Shown here in pieces: positions 8,169 through 16,369 of a DNA stretch of 64,000 bases (position 1 is the stretch's first letter; every line of letters starts with the position of its first letter). The translations under genes and the position numbers were made by a program. The notes beneath the pieces were generated by a model. It did not search any database, was not told the origin of the DNA, and was given only the letters and a program-made list of their open reading frames with translations. Origin of the DNA: Dehalococcoidia bacterium (GTDB lineage Bacteria; Chloroflexota; Dehalococcoidia; SZUA-161; JAUWZY01); assembly GCA_034414595.1 (NCBI GenBank), contig DAOULY010000017.1, positions 75,068 through 139,067 of the forward strand, given 5' to 3'.

Positions 8169-9245
8169 CTACCCTAATTGACTCTTTTGCCAAGCCTCCA
8201 TCAATACCTCCATTGAGGCTTGGGGACTCTTGCCTGCCCTTTCTTTGATCATATCGTGCAACGAAATGATATCCTTAAGCCAAGAGATAAGCGGTTTCAG
8301 CTCCTCCAAATAGATTTCGCCAGCTGGCCGGCCTGTCTTGGTTGCCTTAATGACAGAGGTTGTCGCTGACATCCCGCTCATCATAGCAGCGCCGATGCCG
8401 TCATTGAGACCTGTGCAAAAGCCAGCGGCATCGCCGATCAGCATCACATTTCCCTTCGCTGGGATAAATGAGCCAGAGGCCAGGTCAGTATAGAACGCTG
8501 AGATGCGACAGCCGTCTTTCCAGGCGGGCTTTCGCTTGGCGTCGAAGCCATATTCCGCCAACATCCGTAATATGTCGTCCCGAAACTCCTTTTTCCCCGT
8601 GGCCCCAAGCACGAAGAAATCACCCTTGTGATCGATCTGAAATCTGGGCCGGAGGGTTAGTCTGGGATGGAACCAATGAAAATAGTCCGTCTCGATGGCC
8701 AATGCCCCTGGATAGCACTCCCGATAGGATGGATGAATGTTAAGGCTGAGCCCTGGGAATATGGACTTTCTGACCACAGAGGTAGCACCATCGGCCCCGA
8801 TGACGAACTTGGCTTGCAGCTCCTGTCGCTCTCCTTGCCTCACAAGTTTAACTGTGTATCCGTCTTTGCTTTGGCTGACGCCGGTGACCTTGGCTTCGTC
8901 CCAGATCTCCACACCTTTGTCTGCCGCCTTTCGGTTCATCCAATGATCGAGGTCGCTTCTCCAGGCGAGGGGTGTAAGCACGTCCATTTTTTGTGGTGCC
9001 ACCCCCGGCATGTGCACCATATGGCCAGTCAGATAATAGGGGGCGACCAGCACTTCCTTGGGAATTTCCCCGTACTCCTCGCGGATGGCGTCATAGGCCC
9101 ATGGCCTCATCACCATCCCTGAGCACACCTTTTCGCGGGGCAGCTTCAGTCTCTCCAGCAGTAGCGTCTTGAAACCATGCTCAACGCTTTTCTTGGCCGC
9201 AATCGAGCCTCCAGGGCCACCCCCGACCACAATTACGTCCAACAT
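8169..9245 (-). CDS. FAD-dependent oxidoreductase, geranylgeranyl-reductase-like family
   Basis: 358-aa ORF. It has the dinucleotide-binding motif DVIVVGGGPGGSIAA, KVCSGMV, and the C-terminal GDAAGF motif. Confidence 0.65.
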   Translation of the reverse strand: MLDVIVVGGGPGGSIAAKKSVEHGFKTLLLERLKLPREKVCSGMVMRPWAYDAIREEYGEIPKEVLVAPYYLTGHMVHMPGVAPQKMDVLTPLAWRSDLDHWMNRKAADKGVEIWDEAKVTGVSQSKDGYTVKLVRQGERQELQAKFVIGADGATSVVRKSIFPGLSLNIHPSYRECYPGALAIETDYFHWFHPRLTLRPRFQIDHKGDFFVLGATGKKEFRDDILRMLAEYGFDAKRKPAWKDGCRISAFYTDLASGSFIPAKGNVMLIGDAAGFCTGLNDGIGAAMMSGMSATTSVIKATKTGRPAGEIYLEELKPLISWLKDIISLHDMIKERAGKSPQASMEVLMEAWQKSQLG

Positions 9246-9531
9246 GTCTCCACCTCCCTAAGTTTATTTAGCTGTGAAGCCCTTCCCTTAATCCAAAATA
9301 TATTACAACTATGCTGTGTAGGCAAGTATCAGCGTTAGCAATAATGCCGCAGCATGTGTAGATAATGGCCAACACAGCCTGGCAGATCACATCAACGGGC
9401 TGCTATCCCAGTCAGAGTGGGCACGGTATTGGTGAGCTATTTCTTAGCCCGACAATGGAGCCCACTGCCAAGCAAGCGCCTGGTGCCTTTTTTCAGAGAG
9501 CTATTTTGCTCAGAATTTTAAGAGGCCAGGA

Positions 9532-12501
9532 TCATCTGAATAAGCCCTTCCCCTTTTCCCCTGGGGGCCCCTGAGGTCCTGGGGGTCCTTGTGGTCCAGG
9601 CTCGCCCTTGTCGCCCTTGGGACCTGCGGGTCCTTGTGGCCCTTGGTCTCCCTTCTCGCCCTGTGGCCCTGGAGGCCCTGCGGGTCCAGGTTCCCCCTTG
9701 TCGCCCTTAGGTCCTGGGAACCCTTGTGGCCCCTGGTCTCCCTTTTCGCCCTGTGGCGCTGGAGGCCCTGCGGGTCCAGGTTCTCCCTTGTCGCCCTTTG
9801 GTCCTGGAGGTCCCTGTAGCCCCTGGTCTCCCTTCTCGCCTTTAGCTCCTGTAGTCCCCTGAGTATTGATCATGGTGAAGGTGGCCGATACCTTGTCGCC
9901 TTGACTTTGGGCTGAGATTGCATAGTTACCCGGTGTGCTTGAGGGAAGTGTAATTATGGCTGTGAAACTGCCATCAGGATCGGTAGCAGCATGGAGTGGA
10001 ATGGTAGGCAGCTCTGTACCATCTGCAGCAATTGCCACCTTTGAATTTCCTGAAAGACCCGTACCGCTTACAGTAGTAACTCCAATTCCTTTCTCGGGAG
10101 AGAGCACTATCTTGGGGACTATAGTGAAGACGTCCTCAGTTGAGGTCGGCTTTGTAGTTATATAGTGCTCGCCGATAGTGCTGGGAGGGACAGCAAAGGT
10201 GGTCTGGAGACTGCCCTTATTATCGGTAATGACTGTAGCTACTTCCTTGTCATCATACCATATGGCAACTCCTCCCGGAGGAATTCCGGTGGCAGTGACA
10301 GTGACTATAGTTCCCACGGGGCCAGTGGCAGGAGATGCAGACAGTTTGGGAGATACCACAAATGTCTCCATGCTCGGCTCTGAGCCAGTGGTTATTTGGT
10401 GCTCTCCGGAAGCACTATCCGGAATGGTAAAGGCAGCTTTGAAACTGCCTTGTTCATCGGCAACTACGGCAGCCATTTGCTCTGCATCATATTTGATAGA
10501 GACCTTCCCCGGAGAGAAACCTGTCCCTATAACTGTCACCTCCATACCCACAGTTCCATTGGGGGGCTCTATGACGAGCTTGGGTGCTACAGTGAAGGTC
10601 TGCTCAGTTGATGGGGGCTCAGTGGTCACCTTATGCTCGCCGACAGTGCTGGGAGGGACAGCAAAGGTGGCCTGGAAGCCACCCTTATTATCGGCAGTAG
10701 CGGTTGTTACCTCTTTATCATCGTATCTCAGGGAAATCCTTCTTCCCGGGGCGAAGCCAGTGCCAACAGCCTTCACCTCCATTGCCACAGTTCCTTGTTG
10801 AGGCTCTATGCCGAGGTTGGGTGGTACAGTGAAAGTCTGCTTGGTTGATGGGGGCTCGGTAGTAACCTCATGCTCCCCAACGCTGCTGGGAGGTACAGCA
10901 AAGGTGGTCTGGAAGCTACCCTTATTGTTGGCAGTAGCCATGGTTACCTCCTTATCGTCATACCTGATGGAGAATCTTTTCCCCGGGGCGAAGCCAGTGC
11001 CGTTGGCCTGGACCTTCATAGCCACGGGTCCGCTGACAGGTTCTATAACGAGCTTAGGGGTTACGCTGAAGGTCTGCTCAGTTGATGGGGGCTCAGTGGT
11101 CACCTTATGCTCCCCAGCAATAGCCGTAGGTACAGCGAAGGTGGCTTGGAAGCCTCCCTCATCATCGGCGGTAGCGGTCGTTACCTCCTTGTCATCGTAT
11201 CTGATGGAAAACCTTTTGCCTGCAGGGAAGCCAGTGCCAACGGTCTTAACATCCATAGCTACAGGTCCGCTAAGGGGTTCTATGGCAATCTCGGGTGTTA
11301 CAGTGAAGGTCTGCTCAGTTGATGGGGGCTCAGTAGTAACCTTATGCTCACCGGCGGTGCTGGGAGGTACAGCGAAGACGGACTGGAAGTCTCCTTTATT
11401 ATCGGCGGTAGCGGTTGTTACCTCCTTATCATCGTACCTCAGCGACACCTCGTCCGGGGCGAAGCCAGTGCCAACAGTCTTAATCTCCATGGCCACAGGT
11501 CCGGTGACTGGTTCTATGACAATATTGGGTGCTACAGTGAAGGTCTGTTCAGTTGATGGGGGCTCAGTGGTCACCTTATGCTTACCAGCGGTGCTGGGAG
11601 GTACAACGAAGACGTCCTGGAAGCGCCCCTCATTATCAGCAGTAGCAGTTGCTACCTCCTTGTCATTATATCTCAGGGAAACCTTGCCTGGGGCGAAGTT
11701 CTCCCCGATGGTGGTGACCTCGGTACCCACAATCCCCGCAGCAGGCTCAATTTGGGCAATTCTGGGTATTAAAACAAAAGTCTCCACGGTAGATTTGGGG
11801 CTGGTAGTTATCTTATGTGCTCCGGCAATAGTTGGAGGAGCTTTGAAAGCTGCTTGAAGATCTCCCCGGTTATTGGCTTTAGCTGTGGCTACTTCCTTGT
11901 CATCGTATCTGATGGATACTTGTTGTAGAGGGAAACCTGATCCGGTAACTTTGATCTCTGTCTCCGCGATACCAGAAGTGCAATCGATGGCAATCTTAGG
12001 GACCACTTCAAAGGTTGCTGTAGTGGACACGGGGGTTGTAGTTATCTGGTGCCCTCCGGCAACACTCGGGGGAATCTCAAAAGTAGCCCGGAAAGCTCTC
12101 ATATCATCAGCATTGGCTACTAATATCTCCTTGCCATCATATTTGATGGAGACTGCTTTCGGAGGGAAATTAGTCCCACTAACTGTGACCTTCGTCTCTA
12201 CCGGGCCGGTGGAGGTGTCTATGTTGATTTGGGGGACCACAGTAAACTTTGTGCCACTGATCTCATTTGTGGCCAAGTCCTCCAGAATCACGCGGTAGTT
12301 GCCACCTACTGTAGGTGGCACAATGAAAGTATCCCTGACCTTATCCCCGGTGGCTTTTCCCACTTTCAAAGGCTCTGTACCGACGCTATTCCAGTAAATG
12401 TTGTATTCCCCGTCGGATGTGCTGAGCGTTCCTGACAGCACTATTGAAGCTCCGACTGGGCCAACTTTGGGATCGACGGAAGCGATGAGTGTCTCATCCA
12501 T
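9532..12501 (-). CDS. Repeat protein: 11 tandem IPT/TIG-like (Ig-fold) repeats plus a C-terminal collagen-like GXY region; putative surface or fibre protein
   Basis: 989-aa ORF with a GAGGTG RBS 5 nt upstream of the ATG. Eleven units of about 79 aa each contain G.GF.PG..S.RYDDKEV....A...G.F...F.VPPS..GEHKVTT.P. About 35 GXY triplets form the extreme C-terminus. No recognisable signal peptide, TM helix or sorting motif. Confidence 0.85.
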   Translation of the reverse strand: MDETLIASVDPKVGPVGASIVLSGTLSTSDGEYNIYWNSVGTEPLKVGKATGDKVRDTFIVPPTVGGNYRVILEDLATNEISGTKFTVVPQINIDTSTGPVETKVTVSGTNFPPKAVSIKYDGKEILVANADDMRAFRATFEIPPSVAGGHQITTTPVSTTATFEVVPKIAIDCTSGIAETEIKVTGSGFPLQQVSIRYDDKEVATAKANNRGDLQAAFKAPPTIAGAHKITTSPKSTVETFVLIPRIAQIEPAAGIVGTEVTTIGENFAPGKVSLRYNDKEVATATADNEGRFQDVFVVPPSTAGKHKVTTEPPSTEQTFTVAPNIVIEPVTGPVAMEIKTVGTGFAPDEVSLRYDDKEVTTATADNKGDFQSVFAVPPSTAGEHKVTTEPPSTEQTFTVTPEIAIEPLSGPVAMDVKTVGTGFPAGKRFSIRYDDKEVTTATADDEGGFQATFAVPTAIAGEHKVTTEPPSTEQTFSVTPKLVIEPVSGPVAMKVQANGTGFAPGKRFSIRYDDKEVTMATANNKGSFQTTFAVPPSSVGEHEVTTEPPSTKQTFTVPPNLGIEPQQGTVAMEVKAVGTGFAPGRRISLRYDDKEVTTATADNKGGFQATFAVPPSTVGEHKVTTEPPSTEQTFTVAPKLVIEPPNGTVGMEVTVIGTGFSPGKVSIKYDAEQMAAVVADEQGSFKAAFTIPDSASGEHQITTGSEPSMETFVVSPKLSASPATGPVGTIVTVTATGIPPGGVAIWYDDKEVATVITDNKGSLQTTFAVPPSTIGEHYITTKPTSTEDVFTIVPKIVLSPEKGIGVTTVSGTGLSGNSKVAIAADGTELPTIPLHAATDPDGSFTAIITLPSSTPGNYAISAQSQGDKVSATFTMINTQGTTGAKGEKGDQGLQGPPGPKGDKGEPGPAGPPAPQGEKGDQGPQGFPGPKGDKGEPGPAGPPGPQGEKGDQGPQGPAGPKGDKGEPGPQGPPGPQGPPGEKGKGLFR
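9535..9860 (-). repeat. Collagen-like triplet-repeat coding region (about three 90-bp units)
   Basis: Translation: [105 protein letters not shown]. The repeated 30-aa unit is visible at DNA level. Confidence 0.85.
10160..11820 (-). repeat. Tandem in-frame repeats of about 237 bp (central IPT-like units) inside the repeat-protein CDS
   Basis: Antisense shadow ORFs restart at 10165, 10396, 10633, 10870, 11107, 11344 and 11578, a period of 231-237 nt. The protein motif [17 protein letters not shown] recurs in consecutive units. Confidence 0.8.
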
Positions 12502-12527
12502 GAGTCACCTCTGGTATTATTTATGTT

Positions 12528-12557
12528 AGTATACTTATATTGTTATCAATTTGTCAA
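12528..12557 (-). promoter_or_regulatory. Candidate sigma70-type promoter of the collagen-like repeat-protein gene
   Basis: The minus strand reads TTGACA (12557-12552), an 18-nt spacer, then TATACT (12533-12528), about 27 nt upstream of the ATG at 12501. Confidence 0.45.
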
Positions 12558-12591
12558 TTTGCAAGGAAACGGAGGCCAACACTCCCTGAAT

Positions 12592-13095
12592 TTAGTCGAT
12601 GCGCTTGAACATTCTCGATTGTGCTCCACAAACTGGGCATTTTTCTGGAGCTTCGCCCTCCACTGTATAGCCACAGTACTGGCAAACATAAAACGGTTTC
12701 TCATCCAGGGCCTGACCCTTTTCAAGCATACTCAGGGCAGTCTGATATAAGCCGTAGTGAATCTGCTCAACCTTATTTGCCAGGTCGAAGCTATTTCTGG
12801 CTTTGTCCTTGCCTTCACTCTCAGCCTGCTTGATAAAGTCAGGATACATTGAGGTGAACTCGTGATGCTCACCACCTATAGCGGCCAATAGGTTCTCCTT
12901 TGTCGGCTTGATTCCCTCCATAGCCTTTAAGTGATTGCGAGCATGGACCGTCTCAGCGTCTGCTCCCGCACGAAACAGCCGGGCTATTTGTTTATGGCCT
13001 TCCTCTTCGGCCTTCTCTGCGAAGAACAAATACTTGCGATTGGCTTGGCTCTCTCCAGCAAAGGCAAATTCAAGATTCTCTGCTGTTGTGCCCAT
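12592..13095 (-). CDS. rbr: Rubrerythrin
   Basis: 167-aa ORF. The ferritin-like di-iron domain begins NLEFAFAGESQANRKYLFFAEKAEEEG. A C-terminal rubredoxin-like CQYCGY...CPVCGA follows. Confidence 0.9.
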   Translation of the reverse strand: MGTTAENLEFAFAGESQANRKYLFFAEKAEEEGHKQIARLFRAGADAETVHARNHLKAMEGIKPTKENLLAAIGGEHHEFTSMYPDFIKQAESEGKDKARNSFDLANKVEQIHYGLYQTALSMLEKGQALDEKPFYVCQYCGYTVEGEAPEKCPVCGAQSRMFKRID

Positions 13096-13360
13096 AATCT
13101 ACCTCCAGCTGAGCTATAATATGCCCTTTTTATAACACAGTTATGCTCGGTGCACAAGATCATCGTTGGGCACTTGAGAGATTTAGGGTGCGACCTCGAA
13201 GCCGCATTTGCATCAACTTGACCGACAAAGAGCCAAATTGGTGCCTTGGCTGACGAGGCTGCTATTGGAAATCTTAAGTAGCTCGAGCAGCCTCATTGAA
13301 TTATAATGTTTGCTATAGATAGACCATGAAGTCGATAAGCCGAATAGGCGATCTTGATCT

Positions 13361-14290
13361 TTGAAGGGAAGGACATCTCGCTTGCCATACGCAAAGGTAA
13401 TTGTCAATCCGAATGCCGGTGCTGGAGCAACTGCCCGGAGGTGGCCACAGATTATGGAGTTGATGAAAAACTTCGGCCTGCGATTCGAGTATGATCTTAC
13501 TGAGGGACCGGGCCATGCTACCGAACTTGCGGAATCAGCAGTAAGGAATGGCTATGGGCTGGTGGTCTCTGTGGGCGGCGATGGCACAGTGAACGAGATT
13601 GTGAATGGCCTGTATCACTCCGGCGACATTAGCAACGTGATGCTGGGCGTCATAAACACAGGGACTGGTGGCGACTACGTCCGCAGCATCGGAATGCCCC
13701 GCCGTTACGAGGAGGCTTGCCAACGCCTGACCAACCCGAGAAGACTCATCGTAGACCTTGGCACTATGGAATACATGAGCGATGGGCAAGTGATGAAGCG
13801 ACTTTTCGTCAACTTTGCTGGCCTGGGCTTCGATGCTGAGATAGTTAGAGCCACCATCCAGAAGTTCAAGGCCCTGGGTGGCATACCTGCCTATCTTATG
13901 GGCTTAATTAGCGCTCTACTATTCTACCGTAATAAGGATATATCCATTACTCTTGATGGGGAGGTGGAGGAACAACGAGTCTGCGCTGTGGTGGTGAGCA
14001 ATGGCAAGTATGGTGGGGGAGGCATGCTTCCTGCCCCCAATGCGGATCCTACGGATGGTCTGCTCGACGTATTGATAGTGGGCGATGTGAGCAAACCGGA
14101 CCTGCTGGTGTCGCTACCTCGAATTTACAGAGGAACCCACCTCAGCCACGGCAAGGTCACTCTGAAAACAGCGAGAGAGATCGAGATAAAGTCTTCGCAG
14201 CAGATGCTCCTCCAGGCCGATGGCGAACTCGTGGGAGAAGCTCCAGCCCGATTCCGTGTTATGCCTGCTGCGCTGACCGTTGCCATATAG
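13361..14290 (+). CDS. Diacylglycerol/lipid kinase family protein (YegS/DagK-like)
   Basis: 309-aa ORF (TTG start in the track). VIVNPNAGAG, VSVGGDGTVNEIVNGL and C-terminal QADGE motifs are present. Confidence 0.8.
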   Translation: MKGRTSRLPYAKVIVNPNAGAGATARRWPQIMELMKNFGLRFEYDLTEGPGHATELAESAVRNGYGLVVSVGGDGTVNEIVNGLYHSGDISNVMLGVINTGTGGDYVRSIGMPRRYEEACQRLTNPRRLIVDLGTMEYMSDGQVMKRLFVNFAGLGFDAEIVRATIQKFKALGGIPAYLMGLISALLFYRNKDISITLDGEVEEQRVCAVVVSNGKYGGGGMLPAPNADPTDGLLDVLIVGDVSKPDLLVSLPRIYRGTHLSHGKVTLKTAREIEIKSSQQMLLQADGELVGEAPARFRVMPAALTVAI

Positions 14291-14352
14291 ATGCTCTTCG
14301 CCTCTGCCTTGCACACTTCGCCCATGCCGTTATCATCTTGTGTGGCTCGCCT

Positions 14353-15102
14353 CTATTTGGCAGAGGCTTTGAGTATTGATTGGCCTAATTTTTGCAAATC
14401 GTGCTCTGAGAGGGAGACCAATGGTTGAGCATTTTGGATGAATCTGGTCAGCTCGTGCAGGCGCAGTGTAGGTACAGTCGGATTCGTCAGCTCCAGTTGT
14501 ACCGATGGATTTACAAATACACAAACCGGGCTTACCGGCAGGTTGAGTCGAGCTGTACGTTGCACGAAATAGCTGAGGTCTGAGGCATTGCGCTTTACTT
14601 GGGCGCTGATGCTATCCATGGGCATAGTCTTCTTAGCCCCTCGCCTCCTCCTATACCATTCGTCTCCTTTGCAAACGATCGTGCCAGAGTAGTTCTTGGC
14701 TTCAATGACGAATACCCCTTTTGGTCCCAAGATGATATGGTCGATGTCACCTCTTCCGCCAGGTAATACAATCCCATTAAGCAGATAATAGGAGTCATCC
14801 AACCTTTGCAGTGCTCTTGACACCACCTTTTCACCTCTGACTCCTGCGTTCCAGATGTGGTACCGCCGGAGGAATGCAGTGCTGAGCGCCAAAGGAGCCC
14901 AGCCGATAAGGAGCAGCCACCATGTGAGCCAGACTCCCAGCACAAACAAGCTGATGCTGAACGCTACCAATATGGCAAATATACTCAGATTACGCCTCTT
15001 GTTGGCTTCTATATATGGATTCTTGACTTCTCTAAGCACCCTCATTCTCGGAATTACCTCTGCTTTATGTCTACGATTCCTTGTGCTCTCGGGATTCCTC
15101 AA
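14353..15102 (-). CDS. NERD (nuclease-related) domain protein with N-terminal TM helices
   Basis: 249-aa ORF. Two hydrophobic helices (ILVAFSISLFVLGVWLTWWLLLIGWAPLAL) are followed by GDIDHIILGPKGVFVIEAKNYSG. The track start overlaps the upstream gene by 32 nt. Met at about 15045 is a likelier start. Confidence 0.6.
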   Translation of the reverse strand: MRNPESTRNRRHKAEVIPRMRVLREVKNPYIEANKRRNLSIFAILVAFSISLFVLGVWLTWWLLLIGWAPLALSTAFLRRYHIWNAGVRGEKVVSRALQRLDDSYYLLNGIVLPGGRGDIDHIILGPKGVFVIEAKNYSGTIVCKGDEWYRRRRGAKKTMPMDSISAQVKRNASDLSYFVQRTARLNLPVSPVCVFVNPSVQLELTNPTVPTLRLHELTRFIQNAQPLVSLSEHDLQKLGQSILKASAK

Positions 15103-16213
15103 GGGCTGGCTGCTCTTCCCTTAACAGCCGGCGTGCCGTGACCAAGAGCACCGCCAGGATACAGGGGATGGGCGAAAACAGATAGTGATAGACCCCTCCC
15201 ACAATGGCTGGCATGCCGAATGGGGCGCTCTCAATAAACCCCAACGCCAGTGTAACAACACAAGCCAGCACCACTCCTGCTCCGAAGCCATACCAGGGGT
15301 GTTTTCTGTCTGAATATAGGATATCGGCACAGACCTTGGCTCCCGCCGCCAGGGCGCAGACGAAGGCAACCATGCCAGGGACACCCAGGTTCGCATAGAT
15401 TTCTAGGTACAGGCTATGTACGTGGAGGCCTTCGCCTCCGAAGTTGATAGTTCCTGACTCGAGCGGCCAGCAGCCCAAGCCCAGTCCTGTCCAGGTGTGG
15501 GAGCCTGTCATCAGTTCGAGTGTGGGAAACCAGCGCACAATCATCCTGACCTTGATGCTTGACAGGAGGAATAGCCTCCCCAGGGAGCCTTGGCTGTGTG
15601 TGAAAACAAGGACCACAGCTATCAGGGCCGAGGCAAAAAGCCCGGAGATGACGCGCAACACCAGCCTTTGTCTGAAAACGACAACACCGATGGCGATGGC
15701 TGCTACTATGAATGCCCCTATGCCCAACCCGCTGGGGAAGTCGGCTGCTCTATTGGCTTGTATTGGGGCGATTATGAAGAATGCAATCAGCCCTGCTATA
15801 GCGAAGGGGAATCCTATCTTCAGCATACGGACAGGAGCGGGATAATTCACCAGGGAATAGTAAGCTGCTGTCAGTACCAGGAAGCTCTGGAGAGCACCCA
15901 CGCCGACTCGGCGGTCCGGCGACACCACGATGCCCAGGATTACGCTTATCAGGAAAAGCACTATGGGGATGTCGAACGGGGTGCGCTGTGTCAAGCGGCC
16001 GCTCCTGGCGAGCCGCACCGGGAAATAGGCCAGGGCTAAGGCCAATATCAGCCAGGGGAGAAAGGTGGGCCAGTTGAGGAAGATGGCAGCATGCACCAAG
16101 CAAGCAGCAAATATCAGCCAGATGAACTCTGTTGCCAGAAAGAAATTGCCTACCTTAGCTAGGTTCGCTGAAAACCCAGTATTCCTCTGATCGGGAATCC
16201 CTTCATCGGCCAT
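15071..16213 (-). CDS. O-antigen ligase / Wzy_C-domain polytopic membrane protein (WaaL / PglL / polymerase-like)
   Basis: 380-aa ORF with about 10 hydrophobic segments. The loop motif GEGLHVHSLYLEIYANLGVPGMVAF resembles the Wzy_C signature (H..yL....E.G..G). Confidence 0.6.
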   Translation of the reverse strand: MADEGIPDQRNTGFSANLAKVGNFFLATEFIWLIFAACLVHAAIFLNWPTFLPWLILALALAYFPVRLARSGRLTQRTPFDIPIVLFLISVILGIVVSPDRRVGVGALQSFLVLTAAYYSLVNYPAPVRMLKIGFPFAIAGLIAFFIIAPIQANRAADFPSGLGIGAFIVAAIAIGVVVFRQRLVLRVISGLFASALIAVVLVFTHSQGSLGRLFLLSSIKVRMIVRWFPTLELMTGSHTWTGLGLGCWPLESGTINFGGEGLHVHSLYLEIYANLGVPGMVAFVCALAAGAKVCADILYSDRKHPWYGFGAGVVLACVVTLALGFIESAPFGMPAIVGGVYHYLFSPIPCILAVLLVTARRLLREEQPALEESREHKES

Positions 16214-16286
16214 CTCAAACTCAAAATGCGAATTCGTCGTTATCTTACCAGCCCAAGTAGAGTGAGCGCAAGTGCTGCTTCTTGCC

Positions 16287-16325
16287 TTGCTCTATTGAGT
16301 CTAACTGGACTATAATAGTCCTGTT
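16287..16325 (+). promoter_or_regulatory. Candidate promoter (TTGCTC-18-TATAAT) with a 23-bp near-palindrome centred on the -10 box
   Basis: TTGCTC at 16287-16292 and TATAAT at 16311-16316. AACTGGACTATAATAGTCCTGTT (16303-16325) is self-complementary at 10 of 11 arm positions. It lies about 50 nt upstream of the first plus-strand gene of the glycan locus. Confidence 0.4.
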
Positions 16326-16369
16326 ATGGACTTGGTATCCCACCGCACGCTGCGAGGCATCTGGATAGA

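Noticed and set aside
7519-8181. 220-aa plus-strand ORF
   Set aside because: It is antisense to the well-supported UPF0261 gene. Its Ser/Ala/Pro-rich low-complexity translation has no start context.
9365-9574. 69-aa plus-strand ORF downstream of the repeat-protein gene
   Set aside because: It overlaps the 3' end of the collagen-coding region on the opposite strand and has no supporting signals.
10160-11820. Possible CRISPR array, because of regularly spaced repeats
   Set aside because: The repeat unit is about 237 bp with no unique spacers. It lies in-frame inside one long ORF encoding Ig-like domains, and no cas genes are present in the window.
10165-11857. Long antisense ORF (10808-11857, 349 aa) and a ladder of 70-aa ORFs or so starting ML.DSAGR...
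   Set aside because: These are shadow ORFs on the opposite strand of the tandem-repeat CDS. Their periodic restart every 237 nt simply mirrors the sense-strand repeats, and the sense ORF has the RBS, promoter and domain logic.
9532-12501. Collagen-like repeat protein as a prophage tail fibre
   Set aside because: Collagen repeats occur in phage fibres. However, no capsid, tail, terminase, lysis or intact integrase genes flank it, and its neighbours are housekeeping genes (rubrerythrin, FAD oxidoreductase). It is kept as an alternative only.
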